Assembly: GCA_964188305.1 (NCBI GenBank) | Contig: OZ076900.1 | Length of the DNA: 64,000 bases | Source of the DNA: Podarcis bocagei | Lineage: Eukaryota | Strand: one strand, 5' to 3' | Shown: positions 63,405 to 64,000 of the stretch, in pieces | How positions within the stretch are numbered: the first letter of the stretch is position 1 | How the letters are laid out: the number at the start of each line of letters is the position of its first letter | Translations under genes and position numbers: made by a program | The notes under the pieces: model-generated | The model's database searches: none | Told to the model about the DNA's origin: nothing | Seen by the model: the letters and a program-made list of their open reading frames with translations, nothing else

Positions 63405-64000
63405 CATTTCACATACTGTTTAGGGAAGTATAAATGCCAACTGAAACAAAATCCTCCCCCATCCCTACTGGGGGAAAGTGCATAAATCTGCACTGTAAAC
63501 GTATTTCAGCCTGATCCAACAGCGTACTTCTAAAGTCCTAAAGTTAAGCATTTTTCCTCCCACCCACAACCATGCTAGGTTTCTTGGTAGTCTTCACCAC
63601 TTCCCTTGCAAAAACCAAACCACTCCTGAAAGCTAGCAGAAAATGAAAACATAGCAAGGTGAAAACAAGATCAATTACATACTAATTTCATTATATAAAA
63701 GATGCTGCGCCAATAAAATAAAAAGTTAAAAAAGAAAAGAAAAGGGTCAGCTTTGGTGGTAGAGCGATACACTTAATTCCACATTATCTAAAAGAGAAAC
63801 ACAATTTAGAAATTGCTCGTAACTTCCCAGATGCTGTCAGCAATGCTTAGCAGCAAAATTAAACCCAATATCTTAAATTAAATATAACAAGGTCCTTTGG
63901 CCAGGGTTGCTTTTAAAATGCTTACGTTAGAGAAAAAATATTTAACAAAACATTAGCAGAATCTGATTCAATTTGAATCATTTGCAAGGGAGTTAAGCTA

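Larger units (their letters stand above)
26798..64000 (-). other. Final intron of PCDH11X (partial, >37 kb)
   Basis: Splice acceptor at 26799-26798. No upstream protocadherin exon recognised up to the window end. Micro-exons cannot be excluded by eye. Confidence 0.65.

Overview
This is vertebrate genomic DNA. The repeat content (BovB RTE, CR1, L2, squamate-type tRNA SINEs, Penelope-like fragments, Tc1/pogo-type MITEs) points to a squamate reptile, probably a lacertid lizard. The only host coding sequence I can support is the terminal coding exon of protocadherin-11 (PCDH11X orthologue) on the minus strand, 26797-26406. Below it is a probable long 3'UTR, with candidate poly(A) signals at ~25670 and ~16330. 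Above it is more than 37 kb of the final intron, in which I recognised no upstream exon. The rest is transposon-derived sequence, microsatellites, candidate conserved non-coding elements and three N-gaps. Highlights: (1) a TSD-bounded 2.4-kb non-autonomous L1 derivative with an in-frame ORF1/ORF2 fusion and a G-shifted ORF2 remnant; (2) inside it, a Penelope-like insertion forming a perfect 150-bp palindrome folded at a hammerhead ribozyme stem; (3) a near-intact minimal hammerhead ribozyme in a second Penelope-like copy; (4) a Tc1 DD34E deletion derivative and a solo LTR, neither evident from the ORF track. I saw no prokaryote-type system. All family assignments come from motif recognition, not database searches.
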